A DNA stretch of 64,000 nt, from assembly GCA_963662465.1 (NCBI GenBank), contig OY759599.1:1216001-1280000 (forward strand), given 5' to 3'. The notes below the pieces were generated by a model, which had not been told where the DNA came from, searched no databases, and saw nothing but the letters and a program-made list of their open reading frames with translations. This DNA is from Desulfatiglandales bacterium (GTDB lineage: Bacteria; Desulfobacterota; DSM-4660; Desulfatiglandales; Desulfatiglandaceae). Below, one piece after another: positions 8,701 to 17,200 of this stretch; the stretch's first letter is position 1, and each line of letters begins with the position of its first letter. The position numbers and the translations under genes were made by a program.

Positions 8701-11036
8701 AGACCGAAAGCCTGGCGCGAAGACAGGGTCACTTCCCGCAGCACCTGTATGCGTAAAAACTTTCGTCTTTCCTGTTCGTGACGACCGCCCCCACCTTCTT
8801 TTCGTACGACCAGCCACACTTCGGGTACGAGGGCGCGCGACAAGGATTCGTCCGCTTCAAGGGCGTCGTCGATGCGCCGTGACAAGTCCCCGACAGACAG
8901 GGGGCCATCCTTCAGGCCTTCCATCATCAGGGCCCGAAGTCGAAAGCGTCTTGCGTGGTCTTTCATCCAGCCGGCTTGAAAAGCGGCATCCTGGCGGTTG
9001 TCGCAGAAGACCAGAAGCCTTTGACGTTCTGAATTATGCACCATGTCCTGGGTCAGGACGTGGACGTCGGCCACGTTGGTTGCCCGGACGGGCCTCGCCG
9101 GTTCGCGATACCGGCCTCCAATGCGTCGCCCGTTAGCGCCGCAGGACAGACAGCTCGTCAGCACTCCCGGATTATCCCTTTTTTGACGCACGGCAAACAA
9201 TTCAACCGTCATGCCGGTTGCCCCGCAGTGCCGGCACCGTCCGGCTTCCCCAGGGTGGGCGGCCCCGCAGTACCGACAAAAGTGAAGGGGTTCGGTTCGG
9301 GCATGGTCTTCAAGGTTTTCATCGTCGCTGCCGCCGATGAGCCGATCCAGCAGGAGTACGCGATGCCCTCCCCGGGATTCTTCCAACGGTTCCCAATAGT
9401 GGCTGTCTCCAGCTGCTTCGCCGCCACCGGGTTTTTTCCGGGTGTATTCAAAATCCTTCAAGAACGAGACAAAATAGTGTTGGCCGCAGGTGGTGCAGGT
9501 GGTCACCGGAAAGTGGGCATGCTTTTCCTCTCCCTCGGCTGCTTCGATTTCGTCTTCGGCCGCCAGCCAGAGCCTGGGGACATTTCCGTTGACCGGAAAG
9601 TTCACCACCGCACCGCTGATGCCCCGAACAAATCCATGAACCACAGGCCTGAGCAGTGGGCGACCATCCAGGCGTGCGGCAGCCCCCAGGGACAGCCATG
9701 CGAGGATTTCGGCTTCGCTCACCGGGCGGCCCAGCTTTTCTTCCAGTTCGGAGGGAAGGCTGCGGAGTTCCCGGGGTGTGGCCAGGGATTCATTTAACTG
9801 AAAGGCCAGTTCGTTTTTAGACAGGTCCTGATGCAGGGCAACGGGCCAATCAAGCGCATCGTCCAGAGTTTTGCCTGCCAGATCCTGATAAACTTTACGA
9901 ACAGCCTCCCCGGTCTCGTCTTCAACGGCTGCCACGCATGCACTCAGTAATTGTGCCGGTTCAGAGCCCGGAGTGGGCGGGGTCGTACGTCCGCCGGCCC
10001 ACACTTCGGGTTCATAGGCTTCACCGACCGTTGTCACTTCCGATCCGGACACGCCGAAAAAACGGGTGGCAAAGTCGCGGGCGGCCTCCGGATTTTCCTG
10101 GTCGACAATGGTAGCCGATGTGGCCACACAGACCGAATCCTGCTCCTCCCGACCGCAAAATGCCCGCAGCCGCCGGATGAGGCAGGCGGTTTCAGACCCC
10201 TGAGCGCCGGTAAAGGTGTGCGCTTCGTCGAAAACGAGAAAGTCGAGGCGTGCGTCCGTGAACAGTTCGATGTCCCTCTGGCGGGTGAGCAGCAGCTCCA
10301 GCTGTTTGACATTGGTCAGCAGAATGCGCGGCTGTTTCCCCGCCGTACGCATAATCTCCCGAGAACAGACCTCCTCCCGCGGGTGAACCGTTTCACCGGT
10401 TCTTTTTTCGCTTCGTATCTTTGCCAACTCGGCTTCATAGTCAGCCCTCGAACTTCCTTCCGGCATTCGTCGCCCGGCCACGTTATTTTCCCGCTCCGGC
10501 GTCTTTCCCACGTACATGCCGAAGGGGATGCCTGTACCGGCGAGCAGAGATCTGAGCCGACCCAGCTGATCCTCTGCCAATGCGTTCATGGGATACACGA
10601 TGACGGCGCTGATGCCGGCAGACGCCCCCATGTCTCTCAGTTCCAGGCACTTGCTCACGATGGGATAGAGAAAACATTCGGTCTTGCCCGATCCGGTGCC
10701 GGTGGAAACCAGGGTTGTGCGCCCGGCATGGATGGCGCGTATGGCCTCTTCCTGGTGGCCGTAAATATGGGTGATGGCTTCGGGAATGCGCCGGCGCATG
10801 TGGGAATGGAAAATACCTTCCGAGATGAGATTCTCCACTGAAACACCCTGCCTAAAGGGACGGGACAAACTGATGTAAGGCCCTTTCAATAAGGGCGACT
10901 GTCGCGTCTGATCCAGGGAGAGCAATTGTCGCATCTGGGCATGAAGGGCTTTATCGGCAAAGGGGTAGGCCGTGAGTTGGTATCGCAGGAAATTGCTGAC
11001 GACTTTTTCGGTGAAAGCAATGGGGTTTAGTGCCAT
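5757..11036 (-). CDS. DEAD/DEAH helicase with DUF1998 and a Vsr/DUF559-like nuclease domain (DrmA+DrmB-like fusion)
   Basis: GTGSGKTE, DEAH, ATSAT, TPTLELGVDIG, QRAGRAGRR; several CxxC pairs; DPMPGGSG...CPSACDTSCVDCL (DUF1998); TPDIIY...IYLDG..HIHG...D..IR nuclease-like tail. Probable start MALNP at 11036. Confidence 0.88.
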   Translation of the reverse strand: MALNPIAFTEKVVSNFLRYQLTAYPFADKALHAQMRQLLSLDQTRQSPLLKGPYISLSRPFRQGVSVENLISEGIFHSHMRRRIPEAITHIYGHQEEAIRAIHAGRTTLVSTGTGSGKTECFLYPIVSKCLELRDMGASAGISAVIVYPMNALAEDQLGRLRSLLAGTGIPFGMYVGKTPERENNVAGRRMPEGSSRADYEAELAKIRSEKRTGETVHPREEVCSREIMRTAGKQPRILLTNVKQLELLLTRQRDIELFTDARLDFLVFDEAHTFTGAQGSETACLIRRLRAFCGREEQDSVCVATSATIVDQENPEAARDFATRFFGVSGSEVTTVGEAYEPEVWAGGRTTPPTPGSEPAQLLSACVAAVEDETGEAVRKVYQDLAGKTLDDALDWPVALHQDLSKNELAFQLNESLATPRELRSLPSELEEKLGRPVSEAEILAWLSLGAAARLDGRPLLRPVVHGFVRGISGAVVNFPVNGNVPRLWLAAEDEIEAAEGEEKHAHFPVTTCTTCGQHYFVSFLKDFEYTRKKPGGGEAAGDSHYWEPLEESRGGHRVLLLDRLIGGSDDENLEDHARTEPLHFCRYCGAAHPGEAGRCRHCGATGMTVELFAVRQKRDNPGVLTSCLSCGANGRRIGGRYREPARPVRATNVADVHVLTQDMVHNSERQRLLVFCDNRQDAAFQAGWMKDHARRFRLRALMMEGLKDGPLSVGDLSRRIDDALEADESLSRALVPEVWLVVRKEGGGGRHEQERRKFLRIQVLREVTLSSRQAFGLEPWGRMKVDYEGLAATLPWIQKNADSLGMPAEDLREGVASLLDYLRRRHVLYDPEREIFSKYWMDGDLEVQQGYLPQIGNPVGTKLRREPPEKSTLVIQWISDQGDTTMRQIARKWGLPPENIEPFLEGLFHFLVDETFLTPVQLKGSRGGALPNLSGVYQVNADRLRLQQNHGVWRCKSCRRTSTRRTPGQLCLSWRCNGELQFVKEDKDNYNLQLLDENYAMLRPEEHTAMVPHKERERLENLFKGNSEAVNAFVCTPTLELGVDIGQLDAVLMRNVPPLPANYWQRAGRAGRRHRMAVGLTYCRSVSHDRAYFADPFKLLAGRVDPPAFNLRNDLMVAKHVHATVISRLHQYIRDSSLTDEQRNNIRDTLKTCLPDRISSYLFEDGLVREQIFDLSPLKILMGRCEKDLMKYVTAAFSQGWPEADAEVTKPEVLLNHIHTMVSELEAVIGRLSRRLQWALAQIKRLNLLREKQGDLEPEDDTLFRRCDTLVKRLKGTIRRRRREAEGYDDVNTYGVLSAEGFLPGYGLERGSVLGTAEIPFWRTGAMEFALPRPPSVALREYVPGNLIYANGNRFVARRFHRDVDEERAEMPVFEISTERHAVKETNAGATPGALGATILQTIAVCDVDLVHQSHISDEEELRFQMGVAVYGIERDQHNGGKAYNWGPHALHHRRGVRLRLVNVGANSAIERFGRYGYPVCRVCGQSISPLSSDKQRNHFDQSHQERCGRPPAPVGFYADVVADVLSLPACPDQQTAYSVLETLRIAATSVLDMHMEDLQILVIGHVDRDEVDGLLWDPMPGGSGLIDQICECFDKVVNHAVEIVETCPSACDTSCVDCLQTFRNGYYHKYLNRELAWENLRSWGNRIKPAHEIAAKRPSEEPSEGTHPVNEVERKLRHLLLSAGFEEGVRGEQIRLDRAIGTTTPDIIYRADHHAEDEGVCIYLDGLSTHIHGNPDTAEQDQRIRTWLRNNRVRSN

Positions 11037-11061
11037 GGCATAGTCCTTAATATCTATAGGG

Positions 11062-13728
11062 TCAGTGGGTCCAGATTTTACGGGATAGTGCAAGGACCCT
11101 TGGTCGAGCGCCTGCCTTCAATCTGAACCCCAGTCCGGTCCGAAAAATTTCCGGCATATAATACGCTTCGTTTTCCCCATATGCGATTCCATTATTTTCA
11201 AGGGCTTTCAATTCGTCAATACTCAAACCGACCTCTTCCCTCAAAAATGGTATTTGTCGATGTTCGTCGTTTAATTCACTAAGTTTGTTGAAAATATCTT
11301 TTAATTCATTGTTTTCAATGCCGATTTCATTTATCTTTTCCTTGCTGCAAACTTGCAGAGCGCCTCTTATGGCGGTCGGCGCCAAAATTCGATCTTTCCA
11401 GAAAACGTCCTTTTCCGAATCAACAGCGGCCTGGTGCAGGAATCGAACAAGATCTCTCGCCTGAGTCTGTCCCTTTAAATCAGAAAGGGCTGCGATTACC
11501 CAGTTTGCGGATCTTGCTTCTCTTGAACCTTCACTGCCGAGTTTTCTCCCCCATAGTGCTGCGAGGGCGTGCGTCAAGGCTTCTTTGTTTAATTTTTGCA
11601 GCGCTTCTTTTTCCAGAGTCGCCAGCGCTCCGGACTGAACGCCGACCCAGGCTGCCAGTCGAAGTGCCTCTTCAGGACTCCACCTTAGCGCATGAGGCTC
11701 ATATCTGGCCATCAGTTGAGGCGCATTTTGTTTAACGGCCGTCAGGACCATATCCTGGCGAATGAAAACCAAAAGTCCAATGTTGCGGTCCGGCTGTTGC
11801 TCAAGCCATTCCGGCACTTCTTGAATTAAAGAACGAATGGCCGTCTGTTGGCGGCGATTTGAGGATAGATCCTGGAATTGATCTTCGAGGCCGTCAATGA
11901 TCGGCAAAATACTTTTTTTCTGTCTGGTCAGGTAAGCTGGAAATCTTTTTCCGGCACCCTTTTCAAAAACATCAAAGCCTGCGCTCCATGCCAGGATATC
12001 AATCCATAGTTCCCGCCAATCCCCTTCGTGAAGGTCTTCCTTTAATCTCTCTCTTATATGGTCATATATGGCTGACAGCTCAGGCAGATTCTCGAAACCC
12101 AGCGATTTTCCTGCATCGGTTCTTGTTTTAAGAACAAGCGTGTTTGTGTCGGATGCGATATTTTTTGATTTCATGACCGGGCAGATGAGTGCCGTTATGG
12201 GGCTTCCGGAAATGCCGACATCGTTAATAAATTGTGCCCAATTGTTTCTGAACACCACCTGGAGAAATGTGTAAGTTTTTCCGGATCCTTTTGCGCCGAC
12301 AATCACCGAAACGGGTATCTTTGCCATAAAATCCGAGGCAAGATTTTTGAGTGGCGGTATTGATAAAAACTCTTTCAGTGCACTTGTTTCGGCATAGATA
12401 AGTTTTTTTGAAAATGCCGCAAGATTTTTGCGCTTTGAGATGCTGTTTTCTATGACTGCGTCAATTTCTCCCGTTTTGGAGGGGAGGAGGGGAAGCCATT
12501 CTAACAGCGGGTTCAATTCATCGGTCAGCCCCGCCTGCAAAATTCGCTTCATGACGTCTGCCCAACTATTGGGAAGAACCTGGAGGGAACTTGAAAATGA
12601 CGTAACAATCCTTGGGATTTCGAGATCCTCTTTCCCATTTTTCACTTCCCAAATGAGTTGTGCCGCTTCAAGTACTCTTTCTTCGTGTCGGGCCACCAGT
12701 CCATTTTTAAGCAGATCTTCCGGCACTTGTGAGAAAATCACGGAAGGAACAGGTTCATCTTCTCTCTTTGAGGGCGCACGACTCCCCAACAGCTCAAGTT
12801 CCTGACAGGTTCCTTCGATGGATTGGCTGCTCAGAGTGGTAACAATCACTCTGAACACACGCGGGTCCAGCAAAAACCCGGTTGAAAGCTCCGAGAGTCC
12901 GGCGCGCAGATCAACCACTACCGCATCCACTCCGAGCTTGAATCCAAGCGCTGCAACGGCCTCCGACAAAATAAATGGATTTTCCGCCCCTTGAATCAAG
13001 TGTTCGGGCCGGATTTCCAGGGAAGTGAACTGGGCGCCGGTTCGAAAAGCAGGGAGGATATACATATTGTCAAGCAACATTTCCTTGAGACGATCCGCAA
13101 CAATATCGATGCCGGCTTTTCCATCGGAGGATGGATCACCATGAAGCAGCGCTAAAAAATCGGCAAAAGAAACGGAGGGGTTGGGAAATCTTTTTTTAAT
13201 CAGCCAGGTAACCCCCGGCGCTTCCAGATCCGCATCAATAAACAGAACTCGTGCATCATCCCGCTGGTTGGTGATGGCCCTGGCCATGGCTAACGCATTG
13301 ATAGTGCGCCCCACACCACCCTTAAATGAGTGAAAGGCAATCACAGGAGGTAGATGCGCAGCCATTCCCGGTGGAGAAGCCTCTGCTGGACTGCCGGACA
13401 GAAAGGATGGTCTTTGAAGGCTCGGTTTGAACTTTTGCCGCGGCGGTGCTTCCGTTGTCTCTTCGAAAACGATATCCAGAAGCCGTTTGCTGTCCGGGTT
13501 GCTTTCCAGGATAATTGCCGGTCTTTCATTATCAAACCTTGGTTCAAAGAGTTTTGCGAGCCATTCAACCAGTTCTTCTTTTTTTCCCGACCGAATTCCG
13601 AGGGTTAGACTGTCCCAGTAAGCGCGAACCCAGACCAACCCATCGGGCCAACGGCTTTTTTCCATGGCTGTTTGAATCACTTCTTCGGCATCTATCCAGG
13701 TGAACAAACGCGTATCCGATGGAAGCAT
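11062..13728 (-). CDS. ParA/MinD-like (KGGVGR) ATPase fused to a second P-loop NTPase
   Basis: FHSFKGGVGRT, IDADLEAPG, VVVDLRAGL; second Walker A VGAKGSGKT and Walker B PIIDGLED. Confidence 0.85.
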   Translation of the reverse strand: MLPSDTRLFTWIDAEEVIQTAMEKSRWPDGLVWVRAYWDSLTLGIRSGKKEELVEWLAKLFEPRFDNERPAIILESNPDSKRLLDIVFEETTEAPPRQKFKPSLQRPSFLSGSPAEASPPGMAAHLPPVIAFHSFKGGVGRTINALAMARAITNQRDDARVLFIDADLEAPGVTWLIKKRFPNPSVSFADFLALLHGDPSSDGKAGIDIVADRLKEMLLDNMYILPAFRTGAQFTSLEIRPEHLIQGAENPFILSEAVAALGFKLGVDAVVVDLRAGLSELSTGFLLDPRVFRVIVTTLSSQSIEGTCQELELLGSRAPSKREDEPVPSVIFSQVPEDLLKNGLVARHEERVLEAAQLIWEVKNGKEDLEIPRIVTSFSSSLQVLPNSWADVMKRILQAGLTDELNPLLEWLPLLPSKTGEIDAVIENSISKRKNLAAFSKKLIYAETSALKEFLSIPPLKNLASDFMAKIPVSVIVGAKGSGKTYTFLQVVFRNNWAQFINDVGISGSPITALICPVMKSKNIASDTNTLVLKTRTDAGKSLGFENLPELSAIYDHIRERLKEDLHEGDWRELWIDILAWSAGFDVFEKGAGKRFPAYLTRQKKSILPIIDGLEDQFQDLSSNRRQQTAIRSLIQEVPEWLEQQPDRNIGLLVFIRQDMVLTAVKQNAPQLMARYEPHALRWSPEEALRLAAWVGVQSGALATLEKEALQKLNKEALTHALAALWGRKLGSEGSREARSANWVIAALSDLKGQTQARDLVRFLHQAAVDSEKDVFWKDRILAPTAIRGALQVCSKEKINEIGIENNELKDIFNKLSELNDEHRQIPFLREEVGLSIDELKALENNGIAYGENEAYYMPEIFRTGLGFRLKAGARPRVLALSRKIWTH

Positions 13729-13729
13729 T

Positions 13730-14137
13730 TTAGATGTTCTCCTTTACCCAGGCATGGATGTCATGCATCCACTTGTCGAGTTTTTGGGCATCGTCTTCTT
13801 TTATCATGATACCGTACCGCCATACTTCATGGGCGGTTTTTATCGGCAAGGCCGTTCCATCCCTTTGAAGCCGGAAAGATATGGGTGAAGCGCCCGCGGT
13901 TTGTGCCGGCAGTTTCAGCTCTTTGATAAAGAGGAACAGATCGTGACTATTTTGAAGGGCATTATCAGGAATTTGATTTGTGTTGTGTATTCCATTGCGC
14001 TTCAAATAAACTGATTTGAGGCCGCATTCCAGAGCGTAGAAGAACAACAGATGATGAGAGACTTCATTTCCGGTATTGGAAACACGGGTATGGTTCAGAA
14101 ACGCTTTCCTAAGCTCTGTGCAACCGGCTGGAATCAT
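13730..14137 (-). CDS. Small HEPN-like protein
   Basis: LLFFYALECGLK and NSHDL resemble HEPN E..LK and HDL motifs; ends 1 nt before the ATPase start. Confidence 0.55.
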   Translation of the reverse strand: MIPAGCTELRKAFLNHTRVSNTGNEVSHHLLFFYALECGLKSVYLKRNGIHNTNQIPDNALQNSHDLFLFIKELKLPAQTAGASPISFRLQRDGTALPIKTAHEVWRYGIMIKEDDAQKLDKWMHDIHAWVKENI

Positions 14138-14244
14138 TTGTTATGTGTCCTTCCTCTTCTATTTGGTTGTCTATTTCCACAGCATTTTCTCGTTTTCATG
14201 TGCAAGACGTCAAGCTGTCATCGGTATCCAAGTGATCTTTTACC

Positions 14245-17200
14245 TCAATCAAAAAGTCCCATCTGGCTCATTTCACCATTATTGGCATAGGCAGCTTCTT
14301 TCTCAGCCATTCGGTTCGGCGATTCTATATTGTGGCCGGCTGCAATTTTTTGATAGGGCGCCTCCCCGACCTGATCGCGGATGATCTTGTGCCAGGGGTG
14401 GTCGGTTAGGTGCGGCAGTGAAGCCAGCAGTTTCTCAAGGGCGGCATTGAACCCGGTTTCCCCGAGGTACTCTTTGGCGGCGGCAAGGGCTTGTTTTCGG
14501 TTCTCTTTGGGAACTCTCTTCAGCGCATCGGCGATGATCTGGACCATATCGGTATGGCTCCAGGCAAACCCCCGGTTATTTAAAATCCTTCGGGATTCAT
14601 CCAGTCGGTCGCGCCACGTCTGGGGGTCCATAAATACGATGGCAGTGGAGAAAACTTCACATAGATGCGCCTTTTCCTCCAGATCAAAGGCCAGGTAAAG
14701 AGCATCCTCCCAGCCCCCGGACGGCGTATCCCGAAGAACTTCTCCCAGCAGTTTCAAGTAGCCGCTCCGCCCCAACAGGTTCCGAGCATGGAGGTGGCAT
14801 TCCCGCCAGGATTCGTCAGGGCTTTGGGCGAGCTGCCAGTCGTAGAAGCGGGGTCCGAGGCGGCCGGCCACAGGCTGGTGTTCCTTGGCGCGATCGTCGT
14901 GGCCGAGGCCGTAGTCGGCCAGCCGCAGGGTCTCGGGGAGTATCCACCCTTCGCCGTCGTTCTGCTTGAGGAAGGCTTCAATGCCCTTGTTCCGGTCGCC
15001 GCCGCATTCTTGGATTTTTTGTTCCAGGTCGTGAAAGGCGACGAGGGTGAGGACGGTGTGGCGAAGTTCCGGGTCTTTGTCTTTGTCGACGCGCCAGAAG
15101 CCTTTTGGATTAATTATAGCTGTGAATTCTCTATCGCTAAATTTTGTTAATGGGGCATCACATTCCTTCAAAATGTTGTGTAGATCATTGGAGGAAAGAC
15201 GATAAAGAGCAACTAACACGGCATCAATAGTAACGTTTGCACGCAGTCGCTCAAAGTCAGTGACATACCATGTCTTCGGGCTGTAAGAGAGATCTTGCTG
15301 GTTACTAAATGAATAATTGGCTAAGGTAATTGCAACTGGCGAAAATAGCCATGAAGCCATATTCATATTCATTACCCATTTGCTTAGGACAGATATGATC
15401 TCCAAAGACAAAATAGGGATTGGCATCGCTGTGAGGCTGGCGAGATCAATGTTTGTCCCTCCACACCGATCTCGTAGAATCGAGTCAAATACAAAGGAAT
15501 TTAAGACAGCAGTTAAAATCAAATCTTTTTGCGATTCATTTGTCGTCAGTATTGGAGACTTGTCCCCAGAGGGGTGCCCCATGTCAACAGTAGAAATCAT
15601 AGTTCTGGCATCGGTATTTCTAGCAACGCGTCTATGGACAGACCTAAGCTTGATCCGGGGAGCGTCTCTATAATTCATCAAATACTGTGGGGAAATAATT
15701 TTATTTGCCCATTCGATTGGCTTCCATTTTGCGAGAAGACCTGTCCCTGAGATCCATCCCTTTTGGCTGAAATCGAATCGATGAATCATAACGCCTTGCA
15801 TGAATGCTACTGCCATATCCTCAATCTCATTTTCCCGGATCCATGCATCCACTTCCCGTGAAAGGATAATACCTTCAGGAATATAAACACGGGGAATGGG
15901 CAGGCGATCATAAGGCGGTTGGGCACAAAGGGTTTCGCCTTCTATCAGAGGTTCAACAGCCAAATCCTCCCAAAGCTCGTTAATCGGCCGCCATTCCCCC
16001 TTGAGCCACCGGCTGTATTCATCCGGCCGGTAGCCCTGGGCCTCCCATTTCGGCCTCGGCGGAAAGAGTTTGGAATCACTGGTCATGTTGAAATCGCCTT
16101 GCGCGTATTTGATGCCCCAACTGTCGGGACCATTATCCCCCAAGAGTACGGAATTGGAGTAGATTTTTTCAAGGATTTCGAGATCGCGGCCGGACTGGAT
16201 TTCCAGAATGGCCATGGTCCAGGGACTGAACTGTGTCACCTGTTCTCGGCGGTATGGCGTGGCGAAGGCTTCTCCCCGTTCCCAGTCTTCCAGTTTCCGC
16301 CGCATGAAGGCGGTTTGAATGGCATCGGTCTGGCCACCCTTTTCAATGATGACGGGGTTGAATTTGAAACGGCTGTCAATCTGAAAAACCTTGTCTCGGT
16401 TCTCGAACCCGAAAAGCCATTCCCAGCGGCAGTGATCAAGAAAAAGCTCTCTCAGCGCCCTTGTGCCATGATCCGAGTATAGCCCAGACGGCACGATAAA
16501 CCCTAAACGTCCCTTATTGCACAAAATATGATGTGCATGTTCAAGGAACAGCTTGTATGTATATGCCTTTCCTTCTCCCCTATGGCGGAATGGGTGGTCT
16601 GGGGAAGCGTAGGCGACACTTTTTTCTCTTGCAGCTCTCCAGTTATCGTGAAGAATAATGTTCCTATTTCCTCTAACAATTGAGAAACGGTCAGTGCTTT
16701 TTGTTGTGCTTTCAGGATCACCAAAAGGTGAGCCAGCAAATTTCATCCAGTTTGAATCGCAAACAAAACCGCCTGTATAATTAAGCCATTTACGTTCGGT
16801 TTCTTCTTCTTTGAAATAGGTTGTCTGAAAGCGCAATGCTTCCTGTTTACCGTAGGATCGATACAATGGATCAATATTCGAAAAGAACTCCATTGAGTTG
16901 GGTTGAAGGGTTTCCCAGGGCGGATTTCCCAACACCGCATCAAAACCGGACCCCTTGGCTCGAAACACATCCGGAAATTCCAGGGCCCAGTGAAAAAAGC
17001 GTTTGTTCGTCGTAACCCGGTCCGCCACGGCCCAGGTCTCATGGGAAGGCTCGGCAAAGGTGGTGGGCAACGGGGCAAGGCCGATTTGGTCCGGTGGCCA
17101 GAACCAGCAGGCGCACCAGAGGTCCATAGCCGCTTTCAGAGAGCAATAGGCATCGGAGCCCACAAATTCTTCCCGGTACATCCGGGCACGCCGGGCGCTG

